Source: Camelus ferus (taxonomy: Eukaryota). Taken from it: a stretch of 64,000 nucleotides of DNA. The position numbers and the translations under genes were made by a program. How positions within the stretch are numbered: the stretch's first letter is position 1; the number at the start of each line of letters is the position of its first letter. Location: the NCBI RefSeq assembly GCF_009834535.1, contig NC_045697.1:24368001-24432000 (forward strand). The letters run 5' to 3'. The notes beneath the pieces are model-generated. The model ran no database searches. It was not told the origin of the DNA and saw nothing but the letters and a program-made list of their open reading frames with translations. Positions 62,906 to 64,000 of this stretch are shown piece by piece.

Positions 62906-63096
62906 ATTTTTTTATTGAAGTATAGTCAGTTTACAATGTGTCAATTTCTGGTGTACAGCACATTGCTTCAGTCATACATGAACATACTTATATTTGTTTC
63001 CATATTCTTTTTCACTGTGAGCTACTACAAGATATTGAATATATCTTCCTGTGCTGTACAGTATAAACTTGTTTATCTATTTTATATATACCAGTG
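62906..63096 (-). mobile_element. L1 3' end (younger subfamily)
   Basis: TTTTTTATTGAAGTATAGTCAGTTTACAATGTGTCAATTTCTGGTGTACAGC...CCTGTGCTGTACAGTATAA. Confidence 0.85.
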
Positions 63097-63425
63097 TAAG
63101 ACACAATTTTTAAATGGTCTCAAAATGTGAAATTCAATAAAATTGATTTATGTTTATTATAAAGTTCTCTACACATATTTGCAATGTATTTTTGTTTTAA
63201 GTTTATTAGGGGGAAGGAAAATACGCATTTTAAAAAAATTCTGTCTTCATACCACAAAGTATGTTGGGGAATACTAGCTATGTACTTAGGACCTAAAATT
63301 ATAGAGTTGAAGGAGATGTTGAAAGTTTGGAAATGTTCATTTCCTCAATATACCAGGTTTAAAAACCTCTACACAATAATTGTGATCACTTTTATGTGGA
63401 TAGGTTCAAATATTGGCTATTTAGG

Positions 63426-63458
<33 letters not shown>

Positions 63459-63799
63459 TTTACCAGGAGATGCTAATTACCAGAAAGTAAAACTTGATTT
63501 CAATAATAGTAAGTTTTGTTATTTTCATTTATAGAAAGTAATGAAGAAAAAAATTTAATTTGGAATTATTAACAGCCCTAGCTATGTAAAATTTCAAGTA
63601 ATATTTTAAGGGCTGTAACTGATCTGGAACACATCAATTTACTTTCCTTAGGTATTTCTAGTATAATTTTTGGTATTACAGGTTTATTAGTTCCTGTAAC
63701 TCCAGTTAAATACCAGTGTATCAGAATTGGATAAGTATCTTAATTTTTCATGCAAGAAATAAATAAAAGGTTACAGAATGACCATTAAAAGTATTAAAA

Positions 63800-64000
63800 A
63801 AAGACTAGTCAAAGGCTACCCCAGATTTACCATATATTAAAATATAATATAAAGTCACTGACAAAAAAACTATGCTGTACTGTTATAGAACTGACAGATA
63901 TACTAATGCAACAAAATAGAAATCCCCCAAATGTATGCTCACATATACATGCATGACAAAGTTGATTATTTTAATTCAGTGGAAAATAAAGTTTTATTTA
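63800..64000 (+). mobile_element. Old L1 ORF2 C-terminal fragment (runs off the window)
   Basis: CTACCCCAGATTT...GACAGATATACTAATGCAACAAAATAGAAATCCC resembles L1 ORF2 3' text. Confidence 0.55.

Overview
AT-rich, repeat-dense mammalian non-coding DNA (intergenic or deep intronic). Three copies of a tRNA-derived SINE resembling vic-1 suggest a camelid; that is my recognition, not a database result. I find no intact protein-coding gene, rRNA, true tRNA or CRISPR array. The listed ORFs are chance frames or decayed L1/LTR sequence. The window holds several ERV1-type solo LTRs (some with clean 4-bp TSDs), MaLR/ERVL LTRs, old L1, L2 and MIR fragments, and hAT MITEs, often nested. The standout is a 5'-truncated retrocopy of WNT7A on the minus strand (18308-18771), inserted inside an old L1. 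It carries 68 codons of WNT7A exon 3 with one stop. At the exon-3 boundary it continues not into canonical exon 4 but into about 250 nt of unrelated sequence ending in a poly(A) tail. It may be a fossil of an unannotated alternative-last-exon WNT7A transcript. Repeat family names come from recalled consensus sequences and need RepeatMasker/Dfam confirmation. I see no evidence for a novel multi-gene system.
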